Origin: Octopus sinensis
Lineage: Eukaryota
Assembly (NCBI RefSeq): GCF_006345805.1
Contig: NC_043000.1
Span: 43,276,001-43,340,000 of the forward strand
DNA: 64,000 nt
Direction: 5' to 3'
Numbering within the stretch: position 1 is the stretch's first letter; the number at the start of each line of letters is the position of its first letter. Positions 1-12,290 of the stretch are shown here, one piece after another. The position numbers and the translations under genes were made by a program. The notes below the pieces were generated by a model. That model made no database searches. It was given only the letters and a program-made list of their open reading frames with translations, and was not told the origin of the DNA.

Positions 1-623
1 GACCTGCAAAATGTACCATCCTGGATTCTGCAAGAATCCGAAGAAATTTGCCTAAAATTTGAGGAGACGTTTCATAAATATACCGCCGAATTTTCGTTCG
101 GGTCGATTTAAGATGGACAAGAAATATGAATGGTTAATCAGGTATCCGTTACTTGAAGTGTTTTGTTAGGATATAATATACAAAAAGCATATGTAATATC
201 TAATATTTTAATGAATATATCGATATAGTCTATGACAGAAGAAGTGATAAGTTTACTTTAAAGCGAGAGGGTGTGTGAGTTTATTTTGGGTGGGTTTTAA
301 TGTAAATGTGTAGAAGAGACCGGGGTTAGTTGACTACATTTTTTACATTTTCACTGACAGAGCAATACTATTTAATGTGTTCTACTGCATCTTGTATTAC
401 ACGCATAAATCAACCATAGCAGAAGACTTACAAAGCTAGAGATCTCATCTGCTTATTGTCTGGATATATATTTTGTGTATTTTCTGAGACCACTTAAATG
501 TGAGACCACATATAATGGGGCATGTTGACACATGAATGCATTTTCTTGGAACGTACATGTTAGTGGACAGAAACACATGATATAAGCTTGTTGGTTTGAT
601 CAAAGGCCATTATTACAGTTTCA

Positions 624-899
624 TTACATATCAGATTCACAGTTTGGGCATGTGAATATTGTCAGACCTGGTGTGCATGCTTCGTGAACCCAACCTTTAC
701 AATCAGAACCCTGAAGCCACACTTTCCTTCCTTTGCTGTTGGAAAAAGGCTCGCAGCAGACTAAGCAATAGCACTCTTCCTCATCAGAGGTATCACTTTC
801 TTGAATTTTAACTTTTTTCTTAATAGTTGGACCTTTTCCCTTCGTTGACCTGCCCTTACTGAGTCCCTTTCCTGTCGTTCCTTTATCAATGTTTGTCTG
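624..899 (-). pseudogene. C-terminal basic region and PHD-like finger of a pogo-type transposase
   Basis: Manual translation: ...KKKVKIQESDTSDEEECYCLVCCEPFSNSKGRKVWLQGSDCKGWVHEACTPGLTIFTCPNCESDM*, a C4HC3-like pattern with one Cys changed to Gly. Stop at 624-626. Confidence 0.75.
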
Positions 900-1392
900 A
901 ACAATGGACCATCAGGCAGCGATGGAGGTGCTAATCCATCTGGTTGGATGTGTGAGGAGCAGTTTGTGAAATTTTTTCAACACTTTGTGAGGAATGTGAA
1001 ATGTTCAAAGCAGTCACTGTGCCTTCTCTTGCTGGACAATCACAATTCCCACCTTAGTATCGAGGGGCTGACTTATGCATCAGACAATGGCATCAGCATG
1101 CTTTCTTTCCCACCTCACTGCACACACAGGTTACAGCCGTTGGACAAAGCGGTCTATAGACCACTGAAGAAGTACACAAACACTGCCATTGATGACTGGC
1201 ATATTAACCATCCTGGCCAGACCATGAACGTTTATGACGTTCCATGTATTATCAAAACTGCATGGCCATTGACTGCAACTCCGACGCACATTCTTAGTGG
1301 CTTTTCTTCTACAGGAATATGCACTTTTAATCGCAACATTTTCACAGACAGCGACTTTGCACGAAGCTGTGTCACTGACCGACCGGATCCTG
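900..1392 (+). pseudogene. DDE_1 catalytic domain of a pogo-type transposase
   Basis: GANPSGWM...LLLLDNHNSH...LSFPPHCTHRLQPLDKAVYRPLK...FNRNIFTDSDF (ORF 948-1478). Similarity ends near DRPDP. Confidence 0.9.
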
Positions 1393-4009
1393 CACTTTCA
1401 GCACAATGGGCCTTACGCACCTGCAACACAAGCACCATAGCCGCCAGGTCTTTTCTTATACTAACAGCACTACTATGATGTCATTAAATCGTCCGAAAGT
1501 AGTTTCACATTTTCTCTAGAGAAAATGTGTCAACTTGCCCCTGTAGTCAATTTGCCCCGGTCTCACCTACCTGAAAGAGTTTTCAAAGCTGATGCTACAC
1601 CGAAAACCCACTCATGCATTCCCCACACACATACATACACATATATATTAATAAATGTAAACATATATTTGTAGGTTAATAGTTAATCTTCAAACTTTTA
1701 TTTATTTCCATAGTTACGTTAGAATACATGTTGCAATGAAAATTAATTGCTTTTTTAGTATGTTAATAGAATAAAAGATTCTAATTTAATTAAGTATAGA
1801 ATCTATGATACAATATGCTATTGTAGTCTTGTCGTTTTGAAATTTAATACCGGAAGTACTTAGGTTAACCTAAGTCTAAAGAACAACATTATGTATCTTA
1901 ATGCAATAGATTATTTGGCAATGTAACCGGCATTAATTCACGATATTAAGATATAATGATGTATTTCCGTAAATAGATATTACATTTATATCTGACTATC
2001 AAGACATTTAAAATACATTAAGTCGCTGAAATTATACAATCGCTTTTACATAGATTTATTGCCACTTGAATATAAAATGTATTTATAATACATAAATAAC
2101 TATAATGAAAATACAATTAAATGAGAACGATATCCAATTGTAGCATTAAGATGAACATTTCTAGTTTAGAAGACATTGGAAATGTGTTGAAAGTAGATAA
2201 AAAAAAGTAATTAATTTAGTACAAATACTTTTATTTAAAATTTCTTTCATTTCCTTCTTATTAGAAAATTTCCAATTTAACGGATTATATCTTTTAAAAG
2301 TGAATATTAATCCCATGAGATGCTTCTGATGTCTTTTATAGATACAAACGACATTATTTCAGCACAATACGTATGAGTAGGTATTGTTTTGGGAGTATTT
2401 ACGAATATAAAAACTTTCAGTTTACTGAACAAAGTAAATTGCTTAATTGCTAAAAACAATAAGCGATAAGAAAAATAATGTTCAAAAATTTCTCCTAAAT
2501 AATTTGGAAAAGAGACGAAATTTGGAATAATCATAAAATAATAAATTCGATAGAATTGTCTCATAACATCATATTTTTAATACATAAGACTGAGAAATAT
2601 AAAGATAAATATAAATTATAAAAAAATATTATATTCTCAAAACACTGTAACAGCTGCAATAATTACATGTATGCAGTTTAGAAGGTAATGCTGCAAATAA
2701 TAATACGTAACATAACAAATTCAGAATATATGAGATAATACAAATTATGGAGAAGAATGTAGCAAACTGAAATATATTGCAATGAACTTTTGAACTTGAT
2801 ATTTGTATATTACTTGGTATACTGAAACAGATCGAATGATATGGTATAATAAAACAAGATAATATATATTTAATGCTAATTTAGACATCAAGAGTTAAAA
2901 CATTTTTTAAGGTTAAGTAGTGAAGATATAGAGTATTGGCCATTAAATGAGCTTCTGTTATATTTTGGATGCATATATATGTGTGTGTGTGTCTGTATGT
3001 GTGTGTATGTGTGTGGGTGTATGTGATTAGTAAAATATTACCTATATGAAAAACAAAATTGCTTTCATATGTATAGTTAATGTTCTAAATATTCTGTCTG
3101 CACATTAAACCTAAATTCTATGTTGGAACTTAGAAAATAGATTTTCATGTTTTAATTGGGTGTTTTATAAGTTTTATTTTCAAACATAGTATTTTTTGAC
3201 GTTATACGATATGATGTGATGGCTAACATTAAATTCCAAAGATCCGTTCACAGCAAGGTGACCGTGATTCTTATCTGTTTTCAGAAAGCTTATGTATGTT
3301 AATAGAAACGGGTTCTAAATAAATTGGCTGTTATTTTGCTATAGAGTATTGTACCAAATTCGTATCGACAGTGGTACACTAGACCGATTCTCTGGAGTGC
3401 AAATTACGTTTTAAGAGAAAATTATTATTACTTTAACATCTATTTGATCTAATGTGGTTGGAATACTGTCATTTTCATTAGTATTGGGTTTTGCTAATTC
3501 TTGTGTAAAATCATATGTTGTTGAATATGCGACTGGCCGTTTATTATTTTCCCGCTTAACTGGGAAGTACTTAGGGCAAATTTTGCAAATTGTTATGCAT
3601 AATACGGCGTGTAAATCACATTTTACGTTGGATAGGTGTTACATATACATTGTTGTTACTCAATAGGAAACTAATTTCGATGAATTAGCTACCCATTAGA
3701 AAACAAATTAGTAAGTCACAAGGATATATTGTAAAGTAAAATATTCATTATATTCAAGTAGTGGTAGAGAATTGGTTGTTTTATTGTCGGCCCACATATT
3801 GTCAATTAAGTGTTATTGAATTTGAAAGAAACAGAAAATAATTTTACTGTGAAATGTTATTACGTGGAAGGAACATTGTTGAGCGGAGAATACACATGAC
3901 TTTTTTATAGCAAAAATACACAAATAATTTGTGCATTAAAATTGCGTTATAATAATCCTGTCTACAACAAGTAAAAGGCTTGAAATTTTTTTTGGGTGGG
4001 GAGGGGGTA

Positions 4010-4197
4010 AGTCAATTACATCACTCCCTGTACTCGACTGGTATTTGTTTCATCGACCTTGTTTCATCAACCCGACCCCGAAAAGATGAAAGGTAGATTC
4101 GAATTCTGAGGAATTTGAACTGAGGCCGTAAAGAGAGATGAAGCGTCGCCAATAATTGTGTCAGGGGTGCTAACGGTACTGCCAGCTCACCGCCATA
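4010..4197 (-). mobile_element. tRNA-derived SINE, family A (ggcggcgagctggcaga head), decayed
   Basis: Reverse complement aligns with the near-intact copy at 25177-25405, including the head and the B-box-like agttcaaattcc. Confidence 0.75.
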
Positions 4198-4702
4198 AAT
4201 TAAGCTGTAATAATATACTGTCATCTCAATATCACCTATCATCATACGTGTATAGATCACGCAGAGCATATAACACAAAATAGCTATGAATTCGGAGTCA
4301 TTTGAACATTTCTGAACGAACAGATGTAATTTCACTTTTAGATGTATTAGATGTTTTCGCCATTTTATAAACTCTACGTACGCACGAAGGCCTCTCATCT
4401 TTACACGCATACATACTCACACAGATACAGACACATACATATACGCATGCATACATACATACATACATACATACAAACAAAGAAAAATACGCTGGAGATG
4501 TTGAAATTCCAATGAAGGAGCTTGACATCTAGGCTAGAAACCGGGTCTTTCTCTATTTGCAAAAAATCCTTGAAATGAAACTGAATAATGACATCCATAA
4601 CTCCATAATTCATACACTCATACACACAAACATGTAAGGTCACTCCAGGATACAAAATGACTGCTTGAAATGCCTGCAAACACATCAAATAATATATACA
4701 TT

Positions 4703-5230
4703 TGAGGGGGTACCCAAAAGCAATGTTATTTTGTTCACTTAATTTTACATGTTTACACTTTTATCACTTTCAGAATATTCTCCAGTTGAAGCAGTGCATC
4801 GGTCCAGGTGCGTTTTCCACTATTCGAAGCAGTGTCGGACCCGTTGCGAAGAGATACCTTTTAACGCCTCCGTCGTTTTTTCTTCACCTCTTCCGTATCT
4901 TCAAATTCCGTAACACCAGCTTTCATAACCAGTGATAGCCTTCGAAAAAATATCCGGATGAACTTCCCACTGTTCTTTCAGTTCATGACACGCATTCAGT
5001 CGTCACTACTTTTGATCTTCCGTGAGTAAGCGAAGCACAAATATTGCTGTAACTATTTTCATTCACAATTCCACCATGAACATTCTTTGGCAGAAGCCCC
5101 AGGTCACACCATCCATAACAACAAATTTGTCAGTTGTTGAATGACCGTCTTCCGTGATCAGGTCATGAAATTTCATGGTGTTTTCATTCGTTCGAGTGGT
5201 CGAAGATCGCCCTGGACGCGGTTGGTCTAC
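4703..5230 (-). mobile_element. mariner remnant with internal deletion
   Basis: Minus strand gives DQPRPGRSSTTRTNEN...FVLRLLTEDQK, ITGYESWCYG, then jumps to FEDTEEVKKKTTEALKG...WKTHLDRC. TIR-like gaggggtacccaaa at about 4704. Confidence 0.8.
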
Positions 5231-7776
5231 AAGTGACAAGTGACCATAGATTTACATTCATAACTAACAATAAGTGTATGAAATAAGCACTACACCTAGT
5301 GATCGAAATATAATCTCTAAGACGATATACGATATCTTTATAAACAGATATCAACTATCAAGTAGAGTATTCTACTGCTAAATATACGGTGAAGATATTT
5401 TAAGTGATTTTAGAATTCTATTCATGAGTTAATATTCTGTATTAATGTTAGTTGAATATTGTATCAAATATATGCAATAAAATCAGTGTAAGTCAAGAAA
5501 TCAGTTTGATGTAATCGACTTTTTCGTCCCTCACATTTGGAACATAGAATTCAAACGATAGAGACAAAATTAATTTCGAAATCAGACTGTACAATTCAAT
5601 CATTTAGAGGGAGAAGTTTGACCGACATGCCCTGGCTTCAGAGTCGTTTCAAAGACAAAACACATCAATGAAGATAAAACGCTACCAAGACACAATGGTT
5701 ACATGCGGCTATTAAATATAAATATATCTTGCAGTGGTAAATTCGTACAAACTCATCTCTCACTCCAGCTAATGTGGCAGTGCATGTGACACGCAGACAC
5801 ATTAGCTGCTTTCACAGTATTTGAGATGGTGTAACTTAAGAGCAGTGTATAAAAACAAAATATCATGTTTGATTATGTATTGGATCTTCTCTGCATTGTT
5901 AATGTGCACCTATTTGCTTGGTGGTACTAAATTATGTTTCATAGCTGTAAACTGTTAGTATGTATTTGAAATCAACCGGAGCCTCAAAAGTCTGTGGATA
6001 TCATCAAATATTTTTTCACTTTTGTTTCATATATACAAATTTTCGTTTGTTTAAAGCCATGGTGAGTGAAGGACAACAAACTGAAAAACATGTTTTAGAC
6101 ACTGAGGTTCGATATTAGAAGTACTTGGTTTCTATATCTAGTCGATTGTGAAGCCACTTATTGATCTGCCGGTAAGTTTCCTCGCTATTGTATATGTTAT
6201 CTCTTAATTCTGTTGATCATGATATTTATAAAACCATTTATCTTTCAAATCGTCGTTCCAGTTAATTGGTTTGTCCGAATTCGCTTTCGAACATAGGTAA
6301 GTTTAATAGCTGACGTCAGCAGCTACAGCCTTATCCAAGTGACTAAACCTGCACAAAATATACTCATCCAGTAATCTAACACAGCTGTGAAGAAAAAATT
6401 GTAAGATAATTTAAAATTTTTCCTTATATTGCAGGCAAAGTTATGACTAAGATATGAAAATTACATAGAAATAATGACACATTTCATAAAAAAAGATATT
6501 CTTCCTTTATGTGGTGTCACAAAACGGTTGGATTGAATGATAAATAGCAACTGATCCTGTCATACATCTAAGATGAAATTTGTGAGGAAATACACTAAAA
6601 AATATATGTATTTTAAATAACTATGGCAGCTCCGAGAAAAATCATAAGAAATATAAGTATAATTTCCTTGATAATTTTATTTTTGACATTTGCGTTGCAT
6701 GCACGTTGTTGGAAACTATATATTTCAAGTAAGTTTTTGATATGTATGCATACAAACACACACAAACACACACACGCACAAACATATATATATATATACA
6801 TACACACATACACACAATCACGCAAATATCGTTGAAAATCAATCCAATTTATGAAAAGAAAATTTATATACAATAGATGTTAAAATAAAAAAAAACATAC
6901 AGTCCCACCACGCAAGTTAAAGGAAAGTGATAGCCAAAAGTCAGGAGTGAATGAAAAACAAACAGAAAAAAACCCAGAAAACCCCAACTACTATTCTTTA
7001 TTTGAAAGTTTGACAATGAAAAATGATAGCAATAATTTCTAAAATATGAACAGGAGACATATTTTGGAGGAAGTGTATAGTGAATTAAATAGACGTTAAT
7101 ACGCGACAGCTATTGTATATTATAAGTAGAAAGAGGAAAAGCAATGTTAGTATCAATGGTGTTCGAAATGAGAGTAGATGGAATCGCAACTGAATACAAG
7201 TTATTGTATTTGACCTTGTAGCGTTTCTGTCAATTTTACCGACCCTTAAAAACATAATAATAATATATAAAAAAAAATAACGCCAAAGACGTCATTCACA
7301 TTTAAGCATGATACATGATGACATATGTCATCCTTTCGTTAGCTACGTTAGGTGCCGATGTTGTTGTGCGCAAACGCATATAACTTCTCAGAACAACCAT
7401 ACATGTGACAGCTGTACCCACACCACGCAAGTATTCGCTTTTAATTGAGATGACTTCAGCAAAATGAAATGAAATTACATGATCGAGAGGGCAGTACAGC
7501 ATCTGGTTCGAGAATCGTAGGCACTATCTTCTGACTATGAACCAAACAGACCGGACCACTAGGTGAAGTGCCTTAATGAATTAATAACATAATAATATTA
7601 TAAATATTGATATTGTTTCCAACATAGGTTCAGCATAAATACATATTTGTCTAAACATTGTTTTGTTTCTGAGAAGGCCCATTCCATTCAGATAGCATTT
7701 TGAACGATTTTCTTCATGTCCTTCATAACATAATCCTTCATAAGATTTTCGTAGTGCTGTGATATAAACGCTCTCT

Positions 7777-7803
7777 TCTATTATTACTCACATTTAAAGA
7801 GTG

Positions 7804-7876
<73 letters not shown>

Positions 7877-7923
7877 CTTTTCTATTATTACTCACATAGT
7901 CCATTTAAAGAGTGAGAAAGAGC

Positions 7924-7957
<34 letters not shown>

Positions 7958-7958
7958 A
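7777..7958. repeat. Local tandem duplication of about 100 bp carrying (GA)n(GACA)n
   Basis: ttctattattactcacat...ttaaagagtgagaaagagcgaga...(gaca)n occurs twice in direct orientation. Confidence 0.85.
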
Positions 7959-8749
7959 AGAGGGGGAATAAGGGAATGAGGGATGAAAGGAAAAAACGAG
8001 TTCAATACTTGACTTGTTAATAGAATACAAAAAAGGAGAAATAGCTTTGCTTCGTTTAGATTTGAACACAGAGCCTCTGTTTCCCGTCTTTAGCATTAAA
8101 TGTATGTGGAGTTCATAATTGTACGGATTTATGTATATGAAGATGTGTGTGATGGATACATACAGTCAACCTTTCAAATTTTGTGCCAAGCCATCAGTTT
8201 TCGAATTCAAGGTGCTTCTGTTAAAAATGCCGTTGTGTCACAACTGAGGGTCAAGCCATACGTTTTAAAGAAAAGTAGGTAGCTGGAAGCTGTTGTAGAA
8301 TCCATGCAATGAACTGTCAAAAGCCCTGTCTCTTTGTTCATATAACTTATAGTGTTTCTGCATTAAACAACTGGCATACTCACCATCAAAAGCAAAGAAC
8401 CATTATGTGAAGGTGAGTATGAAAGTGAATAAGTTTATATAAATTTATGTGTTTGTTTTGGTATATTTCTCTAGCTTTTGATCTTGTGCATATGGATCCG
8501 ATAAAATAAAACTCCAATCAAGTAGGCCTTTTCTTGTAACGATGACTTTTATAACATGTACATACACACAGTCGGATATGTAATACCCAGCAGGAACTCA
8601 GATTAGGTTACGCATGAAGTGATTAGTTTTTGCCAAGAATGAACTTACAGGAAGTGTTGTCGGAAAGTTCTCTTACATATAACGAATGAATTCTTCATGT
8701 CCACCATTTCATATTGGTTTAAAATACTGGCACACGGCCGACAATTCTA

Positions 8750-8925
8750 GGGATTGTAACTCGATTACATCGACCCCAGTAATCAACTAGTACTTATTTT
8801 ATCGACCCACAAAGAAGGAAAAGCAAAGCTGACTCGGCGGAATTTGAACTAAAAAAGCAGAGACAGACAAAATGCCGCTTAACATTTTACCTGATGTGTT
8901 AACTGTTCTGAGAGCTTATCGTCCT
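8750..8925 (-). mobile_element. SINE family A, decayed
   Basis: cgattacatcgaccccag...tcggcggaatttgaact matches the reverse complement of the family A body. Confidence 0.8.
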
Positions 8926-8957
8926 CGTCTGCCATTTTATATTACTACACGATTAAA

Positions 8958-9165
8958 TCGGCGCATTGACAGAATCGTTAGCTTGCCGGGAAAAATGCTT
9001 AGGGCTATTTCTTCTGTCTTTATATTCTGTGTTCAAATTTCGCGGAGGTCGACTTTGCCTTTCAAGTTTTCAGTTTTCGATAGAAGTAGTACCAGCTGAG
9101 CACAGGGGTCGATGTAATCGACTTATCTTCTCCTTCGAAATTGCTGGCCTTGTGCCAAAATTTAA
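8958..9165 (+). mobile_element. SINE family A
   Basis: gacagaatcgttagc...aatgcttag...gttcaaattt...gtcgactttgcctttca...ggggtcgatgtaatcgactt. Confidence 0.85.
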
Positions 9166-10298
9166 AGCCGATATTACTACACGATTGCTGTAGGTCCTAT
9201 TAGATTTCAACAAAGGACTTTAGTAACAACAATATTGATAATCTTCCAAATAACAACAGTAAATAAAAGCAAATCAACTGAGCTGGAAGAACGAAACTCC
9301 TCAAACTAAAATATAAAAACAATCAACAAAATGACGATCAGAATAATATCCACAATGAAAAGAAAGGAGTACGCCATGTCTAATACAACCACCGCCCTTG
9401 TCAAAAGCACATGGAAAAATGGGACTAGTAAAGCACCACAAGTAACAGCAGCACTAGCACTGGCAGCAACAGTGCAGCAGCAGCACTACCACCACCACCA
9501 TAGCCAGCGCTACCACTGTGTCATCATGATATAGATGCCTTCGGCAGCAATAGTAACCATTATAAAAGCGATTACAGTCAAAGAGCTGCTAAAATTGATT
9601 AACCATATATATATACAAAATAAATAGATAAAATATACAAAATAAATAAATAGATAAAAAAGGCCGCGTCACTCGACCTGAAGGATAATAAAATTGTCAC
9701 ATTTGGGTTTCTGGATGCGGGCGAGACACTGCAACTTGTAAAGGTCGTTTTGGTGTACACGTACCAAATGAAAAGGCCGACAAAGGCTTACGAGTATAAG
9801 AAAATCCTTATCAGGGGCATGTGATACGAGAGAGTGGAGACTATTTTCATTTCTGAATATTACGCAAAAGTCAACCCACTACCGTGTTAATAGCAAGGAT
9901 TTCAGATTATGTCGTTATATGTGGTTAGGCAAGCGATGAATTTGTGAGCTGTGATTGAAAAGCTAGAAGCAAGCATTGGGTTACTTGTGTTAGATGTTTT
10001 GTTCAGTAAGGTAACAAATCTACAATCCTAAGGGTTCGCATGATTCGGAAAAATGAAACAAATATAGCTCTGGTATATATTTGGATCCACTCGGGAAAAA
10101 TCGAAAATATCTTCCAAACCGTCAAGCTGCTGAACAGAACCAAATTATTTGTAGTAAGTGTCATAATTAAACCCACACCTTCATTAATAAGGTGTTATAG
10201 ATTATATTTATGACTTCTGACCAGCGTCGGTGGCAAAAGAAGAAACAACCACATTACAACGAGAATAACAGAGAACACTACCAATAAAATGTACAATA

Positions 10299-10412
10299 AC
10301 AACAAACGCAAGAAGAAGAAGAAGGAGGAGAAGAAGAAGAAGAAGAAAAGAAGAAGAAAGAGGAGAAGAAGAAGAAGCAGATGAAGGAGAAGAAGAAGAA
10401 CAACAACAACAA
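10299..10412. repeat. (GAA)n/(CAA)n microsatellite
   Basis: Directly visible. Confidence 0.95.
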
Positions 10413-11427
10413 TAACCCAGGGGTAACTACAAGAGTAACATCCCTCAGCATAAACACCAAAAGCAGCAACAAAAATAAAACCTGGAACCAAATCCAAAAT
10501 AAAGTATCGTTATTGTATTTACCCTTTCTTTACTACATAAATTCACATACTCATGCAGTCAACGCCATTACCGTCTGCAACTCCGATACTTCAAATGCAG
10601 AGGTATCGTCGTGAAACAAGTATGAGGTAAAAGACACGTCAAAAGAGATTATTGTGGGGAGGAAATTAGAAAGTTATGTCCGATCCAAGTGATTCACAGA
10701 TGTTACGGCGCTCATATCACGAAATATGATCGGTAACTTGCAAGCTAAAATAAATTGGATAGTCGTATACTAACTTTCGTGCAGTAGAGTAAAAGTTCAG
10801 TTCTGTTTCAGCTAATATGCATCTTATAATTTATACGCTGTTAGCATCTAAGAATGTTTGCGAAATTCCATCTTTTTGTGACAGATGATGTCAAAGGCCT
10901 GAAATATATAAATTCAAGTTAACTGACTGCATATGACTTTGCAAAAAGCCTCCTGTGTATCTTCGCCACTTAAGTATTTGACCGTACACCTATCGCTTAT
11001 CTCACTCATAAATACTGAAGAGTGAATGCTTACATCTCACAGTTACAGACTATCTGAGGTAGATAAACACAAAAACTAACGTGATCAGCCATAAATATAT
11101 TCTCATTAAATTATATCGCATGAAACTAATGGTTTCAACTCAACTCTGTCTGTTATGTATTAATGTTAGTTTAATCTATCTTGATTTTCATCATTGTTGA
11201 ATAAAGCTCAAATGCCGTAATCCACTAGAGATGAACTACGCATAAAAAGTCGTTTTACAGACTGAAATAATGTAACAACACACACAGATCAAAGAAAGAA
11301 TCACTTTTCTGTGTTCTCCAGATTGTCTTTATGGCATGCTTCCTTCCAACGCGCCAATATACATAAAATAATATGACTAGCTCACATATAACAATTATAC
11401 ATATATAACTCTTTCCACCCTCTCCCC

Positions 11428-11435
11428 GTCCGTCC

Positions 11436-11477
<42 letters not shown>

Positions 11478-11508
11478 TATATATATCAATATATATATAT
11501 AATATATT

Positions 11509-11602
<94 letters not shown>

Positions 11603-11613
11603 TATATATTATA

Positions 11614-11647
<34 letters not shown>

Positions 11648-11683
11648 CATATATATATTATACATATATATATATATAATACA

Positions 11684-11720
<37 letters not shown>

Positions 11721-11726
11721 ATATAC

Positions 11727-11768
<42 letters not shown>

Positions 11769-12044
11769 ATATATATATATATATATATATATATCAGATA
11801 TATATATATAATATATATATTATATAACAGATATATATATATATATATACAGATATATATTATTTATATATATATGTATATATATTATATATATAATATA
11901 TACAGATATATATATATATATTATATATGTGTGTGTTTTTATACATATATATATATGTCTACGTATATACACATATATACATACGTTATACATATATATT
12001 TATACATATATATATATATTTATACAGATATATATATATATTTA

Positions 12045-12082
<38 letters not shown>

Positions 12083-12290
12083 ATATATACAGATATATAT
12101 ATTTATATATGTGTGTGTTTTTATACATATATATATGTCTACGCATATACACATATATAATATATTACATATATATTTATACGTATATATAATATATATA
12201 TATATATATATAATATAATATATATAATATAATATATATATATATATATATATTTGTCTCTGCACATACATACATATATATATATATATG
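11428..12290. repeat. Long imperfect (TA)n array with an internal higher-order duplication
   Basis: (TA)n tract; the unit tgtgtgtttttatacatatatatat(at)gtctacg occurs at about 11930 and 12110. Confidence 0.95.

Larger units (their letters stand above)
311..1569 (-). mobile_element. pogo/Tigger-like DNA transposon, internally deleted and rearranged
   Basis: 28-bp TIRs including flanking TA: tagaagagaccggggttagttgactaca (311-338) and tgtagtcaatttgccccggtctcaccta (1542-1569). Subterminal inverted repeat ggggcatgttgacacat (517-533) / atgtgtcaacttgcccc (1525-1541). Transposase pieces lie inside. Confidence 0.85.

Noticed and set aside
1858-1875. Perfect 18-bp palindrome acttaggttaacctaagt
   Set aside because: A single AT-rich palindrome of this size is plausible by chance in 64 kb.
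7492-7530. IWFENRR, similar to homeodomain helix 3
   Set aside because: A stop lies 5 codons upstream, helices 1-2 and the basic tail are absent, and there is no convincing splice context.
8372-8421. catactcacc/ggtgagtatg inverted 10-mer that mimics splice donors on both strands
   Set aside because: An isolated short hairpin; the implied 60-nt exon has no supporting evidence.
9661-9825. 53-codon open frame (LDLKDNKIVTFGFLDAGETLQLV...)
   Set aside because: No start codon, poor splice signals and no recognised motif.
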